A stretch of DNA of 64,000 nucleotides from NCBI GenBank assembly GCA_964579695.1, contig CAZOHI010000003.1:11384-75383 (forward strand), read 5' to 3'. The translations under genes were made by a program, and so were the position numbers. Positions 1 through 9,477 of the stretch are shown here, in pieces. Source of the stretch: an uncultured Caulobacter sp. (lineage in GTDB: Bacteria; Pseudomonadota; Alphaproteobacteria; Caulobacterales; Caulobacteraceae). The notes beneath the pieces are model-generated. The model was given only the letters and a program-made list of their open reading frames with translations. It ran no database searches and was not told the DNA's origin. How positions within the stretch are numbered: position 1 is the first letter of the stretch; each line of letters starts with the position of its first letter.

Positions 1-165
1 GTCGCAGAACAGCGTGTAGGCGAGGAAGACGAGCCAGACGGCCAGCACCGCGATCTTGCCCTTGCCCGCCGGGCCGTCGAACACGAACAGGCCGTCGTGC
101 CAGCCGAGATAGAGCGCCAGGCCCACGAAGATGAAATAGGCCGCACGGCCTGCAAGCTTGGACAT
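1..165 (-). CDS. Small membrane protein, 5' part only (runs off the window)
   Basis: My translation: MSKLAGRAAYFIFVGLALYLGWHDGLFVFDGPAGKGKIAVLAVWLVFLAYTLFCD, open to position 1; two hydrophobic segments; G-rich RBS before the ATG. Confidence 0.65.
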   Translation of the reverse strand, partial: MSKLAGRAAYFIFVGLALYLGWHDGLFVFDGPAGKGKIAVLAVWLVFLAYTLFCD

Positions 166-286
166 CGCTTCCCCCCGGTCTGACGTCATCACGACCATGA
201 TCCCAAACGCGGCCGTGGGCCAGAGCCGGTTGCGCCCGCGCGTGAAAAACGCCAGTTGAAGCCGATACCCCCCAAGGAGCCCCCCA

Positions 287-1468
287 ATGTCCGATCCCGT
301 CGTCATCGCCTCCTACGCCCGCACGCCGATGGGCGGCTTCCAGGGCTCGCTGTCGGGGCTGAAGGCGACGGAGCTCGGGGCCGCCGCCGTGAAGGCCGCG
401 CTGGAGCGGGCCGGGATCGCGGGCGAGGCGGTCGAGCAGATCATCATGGGCTGCGTGCTGCCCGCCGGCCTCGGCCAGGCCCCCGCCCGCCAGGCGGCGC
501 TGGGCGCGGGCCTGCCGCTGTCGGTCGAGGCCGCCACCGTCAACAAGATGTGCGGCTCGGGGATGCAGGCCGCCATCATGGCCCACGACGCCCTGGCCGC
601 CGGGACCGCCGACGTGATCGTGGCGGGCGGCATGGAGAGCATGACCAACGCCCCCTACCTGCTGGCCAAGCATCGCGGCGGCGCCCGCATCGGCCACGAC
701 ACCATTTCCGACAGCATGTACCTCGACGGCCTGGAGGACGCCTACACGCCGGGCAAGCTGATGGGCGCCTTCGCCGAGGACGCCGCCCGCGCCTACCAGT
801 TCACCCGCGAGGACCAGGACGCCTACGCCATCGAAAGCCTCTCCCGCGCCCGCAAGGCCGTCGAGGGCGGCGCCTTCGAGCGGGAGGTGACGCCCGTCAC
901 GGTGAAGACCCGCAAGGGCGATCAGGTCGTTTCCTCCGACGAACAGCCGCTGAAGGCCGACCCGTCGAAGATCCCGACCCTGAAGCCCGCCTTCGCCAGG
1001 GACGGCACGATCACCGCCGCCAACGCCTCCTCGATCAGCGACGGCGCGGCCGCGCTTGTGATGACCCGCGCCTCGGTCGCCGAGAAGCTGGGCATGACCG
1101 TCGTCGCCCGCGTCGTCTCCCACGCCGCCCACGCCCACGAGCCGGGCCTCTTCACCACCGCCCCCGTCCCCGCCATGCGCAAGGCGCTGTCCAAGGCGGG
1201 CTGGAGCGTCGAGGACGTGGATCTGTGGGAGGTGAACGAGGCGTTCGCCGTGGTGCCCATGGCCTTCATGCAGGAGATGGGTATCCCGCGCGAGAAGCTG
1301 AACGTGAACGGCGGCGCCTGCGCCCTCGGCCACCCCATCGGCGCCTCCGGCGCGCGCATCCTGGCCACCCTGCTGTCGGCGCTCCAGGCCAGCGGCGGAA
1401 AGCGCGGTCTGGCCAGCCTGTGCATCGGCGGCGGCGAGGCGACGGCGATGGCGGTGGAGCTGGTCTGA
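287..1468 (+). CDS. Acetyl-CoA C-acyltransferase (thiolase)
   Basis: 393 aa; thiolase motifs NKMCGSG, NEAFA, GHPIGASG and CIGGG; AAGGAG RBS upstream. Confidence 0.97.
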   Translation: MSDPVVIASYARTPMGGFQGSLSGLKATELGAAAVKAALERAGIAGEAVEQIIMGCVLPAGLGQAPARQAALGAGLPLSVEAATVNKMCGSGMQAAIMAHDALAAGTADVIVAGGMESMTNAPYLLAKHRGGARIGHDTISDSMYLDGLEDAYTPGKLMGAFAEDAARAYQFTREDQDAYAIESLSRARKAVEGGAFEREVTPVTVKTRKGDQVVSSDEQPLKADPSKIPTLKPAFARDGTITAANASSISDGAAALVMTRASVAEKLGMTVVARVVSHAAHAHEPGLFTTAPVPAMRKALSKAGWSVEDVDLWEVNEAFAVVPMAFMQEMGIPREKLNVNGGACALGHPIGASGARILATLLSALQASGGKRGLASLCIGGGEATAMAVELV

Positions 1469-1534
1469 CAGAATCCCCTTAACGCGCACGCATCTGTGCC
1501 TATAAATCGCATGGCGTTTCGTGGGAGGGTTTCC

Positions 1535-2635
1535 ATGGTCGGACGGTGGACGCGCGGGCTGGCGGTCGTGACGCTGGCGGCGGTGCTGGCGGGGTGCGGC
1601 GGCGAGCCGAAGGAACAGACCCTGCGAATCTACAACTGGTCGGACTACATCGACCCGGAGTTGCTGAAGCAGTTCACCGACGAGACCGGCGTCAAGGTCA
1701 CCTACGACACCTTCGATTCCAACGAGGTGCTGGAGACCAAGGTCCTGACCGGCGGCACCGGCTACGACATCGTGGTCCCGTCCAACCACAACATCCCGCG
1801 CTACATCGAGGCCGAGGCGATCCAGCCGCTCGACCCCGGCAAGATCGCCAACTTCAAGAACCTGTGGCCCGACCTGATGAAGCGGATGGAGCCGTTCGAT
1901 CCGGGCTCCAGGTACTCCGTCCCCTACATGTGGGGCACCATCGGCATCGGCTACAACACCGAGGAGATCGCCAGGCGCCTTCCGGGGGTTACGCCCGATA
2001 GCTGGTCCATGGTGTTCGACCCGGCGAACCTGGCCAAGCTCAAGGACTGCGGCGTCTATTTCCTCGACGCGTCGGAAGACATGTTCGCCGTCACCCTGCA
2101 CTACCTGGGCCGGGATTCGAACTCGACCAACATCGCCGACTACGACGCGGCGACCGCCCTGCTCGGCAAGCTTCGCCCGGCGATCCGCAAGTTCAACTCC
2201 TCCGAATCCATCGAGGCGCTGGCCAACGGCGACATCTGCATCGCCATCGGCTACTCCGGCGACATGCTCCAGGCCAGGGACCGGGCCGAGGAGGCGGGCG
2301 GCAAGGTCAAGCTGGCCTACGTCATCCCCAAGGAAGGCTCGCAGGTGTGGTTCGACGTCTTCGCCATGCCGAAGGACGCGCCGAACCCCGACGCCGCCTA
2401 CAAGTTCCTCGACTTCATGCTGCGGCCCGACGTGATCGCCAAGGCGTCCAACTACGTGCAGTACGCCAACGCCAACCTGCCCGCGACGCCGCTGGTCGAC
2501 GCCTCGGTGCGGGGCGACCCGAACGTCTATCCGACGCCGGCGGTGTTCGAGCGGCTGTTCGTCACCACCACCAAGGACCAGGCGCTGCTGCGCGAGGTCA
2601 ACCGCCGCTGGACGACCGTCACCACCGGCCGATGA
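1535..2635 (+). CDS. potF: Polyamine (putrescine) ABC transporter substrate-binding lipoprotein
   Basis: Motifs IYNWSDYI, DSNEVLETK, YDIVVPS, VPYMWGT; lipobox LAGC. Start moved to ATG 1535, which follows a GGAGGG RBS. Confidence 0.92.
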   Translation: MVGRWTRGLAVVTLAAVLAGCGGEPKEQTLRIYNWSDYIDPELLKQFTDETGVKVTYDTFDSNEVLETKVLTGGTGYDIVVPSNHNIPRYIEAEAIQPLDPGKIANFKNLWPDLMKRMEPFDPGSRYSVPYMWGTIGIGYNTEEIARRLPGVTPDSWSMVFDPANLAKLKDCGVYFLDASEDMFAVTLHYLGRDSNSTNIADYDAATALLGKLRPAIRKFNSSESIEALANGDICIAIGYSGDMLQARDRAEEAGGKVKLAYVIPKEGSQVWFDVFAMPKDAPNPDAAYKFLDFMLRPDVIAKASNYVQYANANLPATPLVDASVRGDPNVYPTPAVFERLFVTTTKDQALLREVNRRWTTVTTGR

Positions 2636-3798
2636 ACGCCAAAAGCGCTAACGGGCGCCGTCTGAACATCGGAGCCGTCCGCTCGACCTTCGCGCCCTGG
2701 AACGATCCTGGCGCGGAGCCGCTCGTGCGCTTCCAGGGGGTGACCAAGCGGTTCGGCGCCCATGCGGCGGTGAACGACGTCTGGCTCGACATCTATCCCG
2801 GCGAGTTCTTCGCCCTGCTCGGCCCGTCCGGCTGCGGCAAGACCACGCTGATGCGGCTGCTGGCCGGGTTCGAGACGCCCGAGGAAGGTCGCGTCATGCT
2901 GGCGGGTGAGGATCTCGCGGGCACGCCGCCCCACCGGCGGCCGGTGAACATGATGTTCCAGAGCTACGCCCTCTTCCCCCACCTGAGCGTCGAGCAGAAC
3001 ATCGCCTTCGGCCTGCGCGGCCTGCCCAGGGCGCAGGTGGCGGAGCGGGTGGCCGAGATGCTGGACCTGGTGAAGCTGGAGGGCTTCGAGAAGCGCCGCC
3101 CGCACCAGCTTTCCGGCGGCCAGAAGCAGCGCGTGGCCCTGGCCCGCGCGGTGGCCCGCAAGCCCAAGATGCTGCTGCTCGACGAGCCCCTCGGCGCCCT
3201 CGACAAGAAGCTGCGCGAGGAGACCCAGTTCGAGCTGATGGACCTGCAGGTCGAGCTGGGCGTCACCTTCCTGATGGTCACCCACGACCAGGAGGAGGCG
3301 ATGGTCATGGCCGACCGCATCGCCGTGATGCGCGAAGGCCGCATCGTGCAGGTCGGACGGCCCGAGGAGGTCTATGAGACGCCCGGCAGCCGCTATGTCG
3401 CGGAGTTCCTGGGCGACGTGAACCTGTTCGAGGCCCGGGTCGACGCCCTCGAACACCCGATGGCGCACCTGGACGCCGCCGAGTCCGCCGACGGCTTCTA
3501 CGTGCTGGACGACGACTGCCCGCCGCCGGGCGCGACCGTCTGGCTGGCCGTGCGGCCGGAGAAGATGCGCGTGTCCCTGACCGCCCCGTCCAAGGGAACA
3601 AAGAACGTGCTGGCGGGTGAGGTCTGGGACATCGGCTACACCGGCGACTGGACCAACTACGTCATCGCCCTGCCCGGCGACCGCACCATCCGGGTCGCCA
3701 GGGCCAACGCCTCGCGCATCGTCGAGCGGCCCATCGGCTGGGACGACAAGGTCTGGGTCAGCTTCGACCCCGACGCCGGCGTGGTGCTGACGGAATGA
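2632..3798 (+). CDS. potG: Polyamine ABC transporter ATP-binding subunit
   Basis: Walker A GPSGCGKT, signature LSGGQ, Walker B LLLDEP, C-terminal TOBE-like region; ATGA overlap with the potF stop. Confidence 0.92.
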   Translation: MNAKSANGRRLNIGAVRSTFAPWNDPGAEPLVRFQGVTKRFGAHAAVNDVWLDIYPGEFFALLGPSGCGKTTLMRLLAGFETPEEGRVMLAGEDLAGTPPHRRPVNMMFQSYALFPHLSVEQNIAFGLRGLPRAQVAERVAEMLDLVKLEGFEKRRPHQLSGGQKQRVALARAVARKPKMLLLDEPLGALDKKLREETQFELMDLQVELGVTFLMVTHDQEEAMVMADRIAVMREGRIVQVGRPEEVYETPGSRYVAEFLGDVNLFEARVDALEHPMAHLDAAESADGFYVLDDDCPPPGATVWLAVRPEKMRVSLTAPSKGTKNVLAGEVWDIGYTGDWTNYVIALPGDRTIRVARANASRIVERPIGWDDKVWVSFDPDAGVVLTE

Positions 3799-4679
3799 AG
3801 CGCGCCGGCTGGGCCGCCCTGCCCTATGCCTGGCTGGCGGTCTTCTTCGCCTTTCCGTTCGCGCTGGTGCTGCGCCTGTCGCTGTCGGACACGGCGCTGG
3901 CCATCCCGCCATACGCGCCGCACATCGACTGGTCGGCGGGGATCGAGGGCCTGCGCGCCTTCGTCGCCGGGCTGGATTTCGAGGCCTACGCCAGGCTGGC
4001 CAGCGACCGCCTCTACATCGACGCCTACCTTTCCAGCCTGAGGTTCGCGGCGGTCGCCACCGCCATCGCCCTGCTCGTCGGCTATCCCATGGCCTACGGC
4101 ATGTCGCGCTGCCGTCCAGGCACGCGCCAAATCCTGCTGATGGCGGTGATCCTGCCCTTCTGGACGAGCTTCCTGATCCGCGTCTACGCCTGGATCGGCA
4201 TCCTCAAGCCCGAGGGCCTGCTGAACGTGGCGCTGGGCGCCGTGGGCCTGGGCCCCGTCACCGTGCTGCACACGGACGCGGCCATCTACATCGGCCTCGT
4301 CTACGCCTACCTGCCGTTCATGGTCCTGCCGCTCTACGCGGCGCTGGAGCGGCAGGACGAGACTCTGCTGGAGGCCGCCGCCGACCTCGGCTCAAGCCCC
4401 ATCAAGGCGTTCTGGCAGGTGACCTTCCCCCTCTCCCTGCCGGGCGTGGCGGCCGGTTGCCTGCTCTGCTTCATCCCCATGGTCGGCGAGTTCGTCATCC
4501 CCGACCTGCTGGGCGGCGCGGGCAGCCTGATGATCGGCAAGACCATCTGGACCGAGTTCTTCGCCAATCGCGACTGGCCCGCCGCTTCGGCGGTCGCCAT
4601 CGTCCTGCTGCTGACCCTGGTCGCGCCCATCGTCCTATACCAGCGCCAGCAGGCCAAGGCGCTGGAGGCCGCGCGATGA
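3795..4679 (+). CDS. potH: Polyamine ABC transporter permease
   Basis: ILPFWTSFLIRVYAW and EAAADLG (EAA loop); ATGA-coupled to both neighbours. Confidence 0.92.
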   Translation: MKRAGWAALPYAWLAVFFAFPFALVLRLSLSDTALAIPPYAPHIDWSAGIEGLRAFVAGLDFEAYARLASDRLYIDAYLSSLRFAAVATAIALLVGYPMAYGMSRCRPGTRQILLMAVILPFWTSFLIRVYAWIGILKPEGLLNVALGAVGLGPVTVLHTDAAIYIGLVYAYLPFMVLPLYAALERQDETLLEAAADLGSSPIKAFWQVTFPLSLPGVAAGCLLCFIPMVGEFVIPDLLGGAGSLMIGKTIWTEFFANRDWPAASAVAIVLLLTLVAPIVLYQRQQAKALEAAR

Positions 4680-5485
4680 GGCGGCGCGCATCGGCCTTCA
4701 ACGTCGCCTCGATCGCGGCGGGGCTCGTCTTCCTATACCTGCCCATCGTCCTGCTGGTCGCCTGGTCGTTCAACGCCAGCAAGCTGGTGACGGTCTGGGG
4801 CGGCTTCTCGACGCGCTGGTACGTCTCCCTCTTCCAGAACGAACAGCTCATGGCCTCGCTGTGGGTCACCGTCCGGGTCGCGCTGATCAGCGCGACCGCG
4901 GGCGCCGTCCTGGGCACGCTCGCCGCCGTGGCCCTGGCCCGCGCGGGCAGATTCCGGGGCCGCACGGTCTTCTCCGGCATGGTCTACGCCCCCCTGGTCA
5001 TGCCCGAGGTGATCATGGGCCTGTCGCTGCTGCTGCTGTTCGTGGCCCTGCGCGTCGACCGGGGCCTGGCCACCGTCGCCCTGGCCCACACCACGGTGAC
5101 GCTGGCCTATGTCGCGGTCGTGGTCCACTCGCGGCTGGTCGCCTTCGACCGCTCGCTGGAGGAGGCGGCGCAGGACCTGGGCTCGCCGCCGCTGCGCACC
5201 TTCCTGACCGTGACCCTGCCGATCATCGCGCCTGCCGTGCTGGCGGGCTGGATGCTGGCCTTCACCCTCTCTCTCGACGACCTGGTGGTCGCGAGCTTCA
5301 CCAGCGGCCCGGGGGCCACCACCCTGCCGATGCGCATCTACAGCCAAGTCCGCCTCGGCGTGTCGCCGGAGATCAACGCCGTCTCCACCTTGCTGATCGG
5401 CGCCGTGGCCATCGGCGTGCTGGCCTGGGCGCTCGCGGCGAAGTGGCGAACGGTGGCTGGCGCGGCGCGAAAGCCTGCGGCATAA
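4676..5485 (+). CDS. potI: Polyamine ABC transporter permease
   Basis: FLYLPI, PLVMPEV, EEAAQDLG, TLSLDD; start at the ATGA overlap 4676. Confidence 0.92.
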   Translation: MRRRASAFNVASIAAGLVFLYLPIVLLVAWSFNASKLVTVWGGFSTRWYVSLFQNEQLMASLWVTVRVALISATAGAVLGTLAAVALARAGRFRGRTVFSGMVYAPLVMPEVIMGLSLLLLFVALRVDRGLATVALAHTTVTLAYVAVVVHSRLVAFDRSLEEAAQDLGSPPLRTFLTVTLPIIAPAVLAGWMLAFTLSLDDLVVASFTSGPGATTLPMRIYSQVRLGVSPEINAVSTLLIGAVAIGVLAWALAAKWRTVAGAARKPAA

Positions 5486-5495
5486 GCCTCTCCAC

Positions 5496-5571
5496 GCCGG
5501 TTTAGCTCAGCTGGTAGAGCAGCGGTTTTGTAAACCGAAGGTCGCGGGTTCGAGTCCTGCAACCGGCACCA
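5496..5571 (+). tRNA. tRNA-Thr(TGT)
   Basis: 76 nt, GCCGGTT...AACCGGC-ACCA acceptor with encoded CCA, D arm AGCTCAGCTGGTAGAGC, anticodon loop TTTGTAA, T arm GGTTCGAGTCC. Confidence 0.97.
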
Positions 5572-5783
5572 GACGTCTGGAATCCGAGGATTTCCGAGGA
5601 CGTCCGATACAGCTCACATTCGTCCATTTTTCACTTAATAAACAGGATACTACCGCACATACCTAATGTGGGTGACGACGAATCGATCATCCCCGGACGT
5701 CCAGGGCTATCCCCTGGCAGCCACGAAAATTGGGGGTACCGTTCGGGGACTCGTCTGACACATCAACTGTTACGATACCCCAC

Positions 5784-7097
5784 ATGCCCCTCACCGATAT
5801 CGCGATCCGCCACGCAAGGCCCAAGCCCAAACCCTACCGAATCACAGACGGCGGCGGCCTGTTCCTCCAAATCCAGCCGAGCGGTAGCAAGCTCTGGCGC
5901 TTCAAGTACCGGCTGGACGGAAAGGAGAAGCTGCTCTCCCTTGGCCAGTACCCCGTCGTAACCCTCGCTGAAGCAAGAGACCGGCGCACGGAAGCCAAGC
6001 GACAGCTCGAACGCGGAGACGACCCAATCGCTGAAAAGCGGCAGGAGGAGATCAACCGCGCCCTGGCTCGCGCGCAGACCTTCGGCCTGATCGCACAGGA
6101 CTTCCTCGACAAACTGCGAAAGGACGGGCGCACCGAGCAGACCGTTCGCAAGACGGCCTGGATTCTCGAGGACCTCGCCGCGCCCCTTTCGCACCGGCCG
6201 ATCACCAACATCACCGCCCCGGAGGTCCTCCAGGTCCTGCGGAAGATCGAAGCCCATGGGCATCACGAGACCGCACATCGCGCCCGAAGCACCATCTCCC
6301 GCGTCTTCCGCTACGCCATCGCCACGGGCCGAGCGGTCTTCGACCCCGTCCCTGCCCTGCGCGGCGCCCTGGTCATGCACCGGACAAAGCATCGCTCCGC
6401 CATCACCGATCCCAAGGAGTTCGGCCGCCTGCTGCGGGCCATCGACAGCTTGGAGCGCAGCCCTGTGGTCAAGCCGGCCTTGCAACTCCTCGCACTGTGC
6501 TTCCCGCGCCCAGGCGAGCTGCGCCACGCCAGATGGACGGAGATCGATCTGGAGAAAGCCATCTGGTCGATCCCGGCCGAGCGGATGAAGATGCGAAGGC
6601 CTCACACCATTCCTCTAGCCCCTCAGGCCGTCCGGATCCTGACCGACTTACGCGAACTGACCGGCGACAGGCCCTACATCTTTCCCGGCATCCGAACGTG
6701 GCGTCGTCCGCTTAGCGACAACACCTTCAATGCGGCCCTTCGCTCGCTGGGCTTCCCAGGAGATGAGGCCTCCGCCCACGGCTTTCGGACTACGGCCAGC
6801 ACCCTGTTGAACGAAAGCGGCTACTGGCACCCCGACGCCATCGAACGCGCCCTCGCCCACCAGGAAGCCAACGCAGTGCGCAGGGCCTACGCGAGAGGAG
6901 AATTCTGGGATGAGAGAGTGCGCATGGCCGCGTGGTGGGCGGACTACGTGGATGCGATGCGGCAGAACCAGCCTGCGCCGCCCCTACCGGCCAAAGCGCC
7001 GACAGGCTCGACAAGCCCACTAAATTTTAGCGCCGCCCATACGGTCGGACAGGCGCCTTCGATCACCACCTCTCGTGGAGGGCTCATCTTCTTCTGA
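5784..7097 (+). CDS. P4-like tyrosine integrase (Arm-DNA-bind_3 + phage integrase)
   Basis: N-terminus MPLTDIAIRHARPKPKPYRITDGGGLFL; catalytic R (FPRPGELR), HGFR, and ALAH..N.VRRAY. Start reassigned to ATG 5784. Confidence 0.95.
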   Translation: MPLTDIAIRHARPKPKPYRITDGGGLFLQIQPSGSKLWRFKYRLDGKEKLLSLGQYPVVTLAEARDRRTEAKRQLERGDDPIAEKRQEEINRALARAQTFGLIAQDFLDKLRKDGRTEQTVRKTAWILEDLAAPLSHRPITNITAPEVLQVLRKIEAHGHHETAHRARSTISRVFRYAIATGRAVFDPVPALRGALVMHRTKHRSAITDPKEFGRLLRAIDSLERSPVVKPALQLLALCFPRPGELRHARWTEIDLEKAIWSIPAERMKMRRPHTIPLAPQAVRILTDLRELTGDRPYIFPGIRTWRRPLSDNTFNAALRSLGFPGDEASAHGFRTTASTLLNESGYWHPDAIERALAHQEANAVRRAYARGEFWDERVRMAAWWADYVDAMRQNQPAPPLPAKAPTGSTSPLNFSAAHTVGQAPSITTSRGGLIFF

Positions 7098-7142
7098 CGT
7101 GTCGCGAGCCATCCTGCGCTCTAGAACACACGCGTTGCCTGA

Positions 7143-7364
7143 CTATGCGACCCCATCAAAGAGGACTGCCGGGGCGACCTTCAGCGCCCGCGCCAGTTGA
7201 AATACCGTTTTGACACTGGCGGTTCGCTCTCCTCGTTCAATCAGACCCACATAGTTTCGGTGAAGGCCTGCCAGCTCCGCCAAGTACTCCTGGCTTAACC
7301 CCTTTGACAGCCGAACCTGTCGCACTTGGCGCCCAAAGGCAAAAAGATCGGGATCGACAACCAC
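7143..7364 (-). CDS. XRE-family HTH transcriptional regulator
   Basis: LSQEYLAELAGLHRNYVGLIERGER is a typical HTH_3 pattern. Confidence 0.88.
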   Translation of the reverse strand: MVVDPDLFAFGRQVRQVRLSKGLSQEYLAELAGLHRNYVGLIERGERTASVKTVFQLARALKVAPAVLFDGVA

Positions 7365-7477
7365 ACATCATGGTTGCGCTCGCTGCAGCGAAGCTCTACA
7401 CACTGTCAGTGTGTATTCACCCATCGACCTTTGCGTTCGGCTTCGTGGGCCGAGCCCAATCAATAGTCATAACTGAC

Positions 7478-7858
7478 ATGCGAATCCTGAACTCACTCGC
7501 AACAGCCGCAGGCGTAGGTTGTTTGCTCCTAGCGAGCTGCGATAGCGGCCTGAACCAAACCCCTGGCCCTCCCGACGTCGCTGCAAAATCTGGCACGTCG
7601 GGCCTGACCACCAGAGAGTTTCGTACGCTCGTGGGCGGAAAGACGAAGCAGGAGATCAGGACGCTCCTGGGGACACCCAAGAACCTCTCGACCGCTCCTC
7701 ATCGCCGTGAGGTCTGGCACTACGATACGCGCGATCTGAAGCTCTACGATGAAGATGCAGGCATGGAAGTAAAAGGCGACGCGACCGTCATATTCGATGA
7801 TTCCGGGATAGCCATGGAAGGCAACTACAACTTCAAATCGGAATACATTTTCTCATGA
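7478..7858 (+). CDS. Hypothetical lipoprotein (SmpA/OmlA-like motif possible)
   Basis: Lipobox LLASC; KTKQEIRTLLGTP...VWHY resembles the BamE/SmpA-type pattern. Confidence 0.6.
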   Translation: MRILNSLATAAGVGCLLLASCDSGLNQTPGPPDVAAKSGTSGLTTREFRTLVGGKTKQEIRTLLGTPKNLSTAPHRREVWHYDTRDLKLYDEDAGMEVKGDATVIFDDSGIAMEGNYNFKSEYIFS

Positions 7859-8391
7859 TATCAAAGCATACTCTCATCGGAGGCATTTTCTCCGCCGCCC
7901 TCTGCTGCCAAGCCGCACACGCTGAGCTTCCCTGCAGCCCCGATGAGATCGCAGAGCGCACCATCCCGGCAGAGAAGGAATGGGTTGAAGCAACGCCGAC
8001 ACAGCACCTGTCCAACGCGCAGAGCGGCTGGGTCAGGCCGATCCTGGGCTTCGACTGGAGGATCATCGACACCGAGGACTTCGGCTACATCGAGGTTCCT
8101 ACCGAGAACCGTGAGCCGCGCTTCTTCATCCTGAGGTCCGACTACCGCTCCTGCGGCTCCGGCGGATGCACCATGGGAATGTACGACTGCAAGACCGTCG
8201 ATGACGAGGGAAGCAGTTGCAAATCGATCTGGGGCGGCTTTCAGGGCCGCGTCCGGTTTCCCGGCTCTCAAAGCGAGGGCTACCCCGACTTCGTGATCGA
8301 TGGAACCGACCTCTACACCTTCGCCAACGGCGAATACCGCGCGGTCTGCAATGTGACCGTTATCGACCAATGGAAGTCCGACAGGGACTAA
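7855..8391 (+). CDS. Hypothetical exported protein
   Basis: Signal-peptide-like N-terminus ending AHA; CGSGGC motif and several Cys; ATGA-coupled to the upstream gene. Confidence 0.6.
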   Translation: MISKHTLIGGIFSAALCCQAAHAELPCSPDEIAERTIPAEKEWVEATPTQHLSNAQSGWVRPILGFDWRIIDTEDFGYIEVPTENREPRFFILRSDYRSCGSGGCTMGMYDCKTVDDEGSSCKSIWGGFQGRVRFPGSQSEGYPDFVIDGTDLYTFANGEYRAVCNVTVIDQWKSDRD

Positions 8392-8396
8392 AAGCG

Positions 8397-9458
8397 ATGC
8401 CTCGGAGCCTCCGTTGGACCGCCGCGATGGCGTGCGCCTTCATGGCGCTTGCGCCTCACGCCGAAGGTGAAACCGTCTCGGGAGCTCAAGACCCCAATTG
8501 GAGGGTCAGGCCGGGCGTCATGCCGGGCGCTCCAAAAGTTAAGCCTATAAGAATCTGCCTCATTCAGCGGCTTGAGAAACGCGCTCTTGGGGTTTGGCCC
8601 ATCTTCAGTCCGTGGGAAGCCGAGATCGAGCCCGATCATACCAATTGTACAGAGCGCCTATATGCCGATCTGAAAACGCAGACGATCTATCTCTGGTACG
8701 ATGAGCCTGTTGCTCTAGGGGTAACGCCGAGCTCGGGACCCTATGATCTATACTGTCCGAGCGCAAATGCGCCGTGCAATTCCTCATTTTTCACGCCCAA
8801 CGATATTAGTTCGGTCTATAGACTGAATGAATACTCTCTGCTCAAGGCGGTGAAAGAGTCTGGCATTGTTGGTAAGCTCGCCTTGTTCAAGGTAGAGTAC
8901 GAACAGCGCGAAGCACAGCGGATCGCTGCAGAGAATGCGGCCGTCGATCTCGCCAAGCTGGAGGGCTATCGCGCCGAGGCGCAGGCGGCGACCACCATCA
9001 CGCCGCTGCTGGAGTTCATCAAGCGCTACGAGGACAACGATCCGGAGGGCCTCGTTATCGAGGCGCGGGCTCGCCTCGCCAAGCTTCAGCAGGCCTATCT
9101 GGACGGCAGCCACTCCTCGAAGGACATCGGGTTCTTCATCAGGACATTCGAACGTGAGGACCCTGCCGGCCTCGTACCCCAGGCGCACCGGAAGCTTGCC
9201 AAGGCCGAGGCCGCTGAGGCTCGGGCCGGGAAGATCCTGACCCTTCGCCGACGCATTGCCGGGTGTAAGATCCTCGTCCACCGCGCCCGGGAGACGATAG
9301 CGAGAGAGCGACAGATCGAGGCGGTGACCGGGACGGTCAGCTTCGGCGCATTGCACGAGGCCGGCAGCGAGCTCGTGATCTGTCGGGACGCCATCCCGGA
9401 GTTCTACAAGCAGTACCGCGCTGCGGGCGGGAAGGAACCACTGGAGGCGATCCGATAG
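8397..9458 (+). CDS. Hypothetical exported protein
   Basis: ATG 5 nt after the previous stop; signal-peptide-like N-terminus (…LAPHAEG); helical C-terminal half. Confidence 0.6.
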   Translation: MPRSLRWTAAMACAFMALAPHAEGETVSGAQDPNWRVRPGVMPGAPKVKPIRICLIQRLEKRALGVWPIFSPWEAEIEPDHTNCTERLYADLKTQTIYLWYDEPVALGVTPSSGPYDLYCPSANAPCNSSFFTPNDISSVYRLNEYSLLKAVKESGIVGKLALFKVEYEQREAQRIAAENAAVDLAKLEGYRAEAQAATTITPLLEFIKRYEDNDPEGLVIEARARLAKLQQAYLDGSHSSKDIGFFIRTFEREDPAGLVPQAHRKLAKAEAAEARAGKILTLRRRIAGCKILVHRARETIARERQIEAVTGTVSFGALHEAGSELVICRDAIPEFYKQYRAAGGKEPLEAIR

Positions 9459-9477
9459 CATTCATGGAGGCACTCGC

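Noticed and set aside
2347-2631. N-terminal extension of the potG ORF (and similar upstream extensions at 4457, 5730, 17906, 21126, 23050, 35983)
   Set aside because: They overlap the upstream gene or lack an RBS; better starts with ATGA coupling or Shine-Dalgarno sequences exist downstream.
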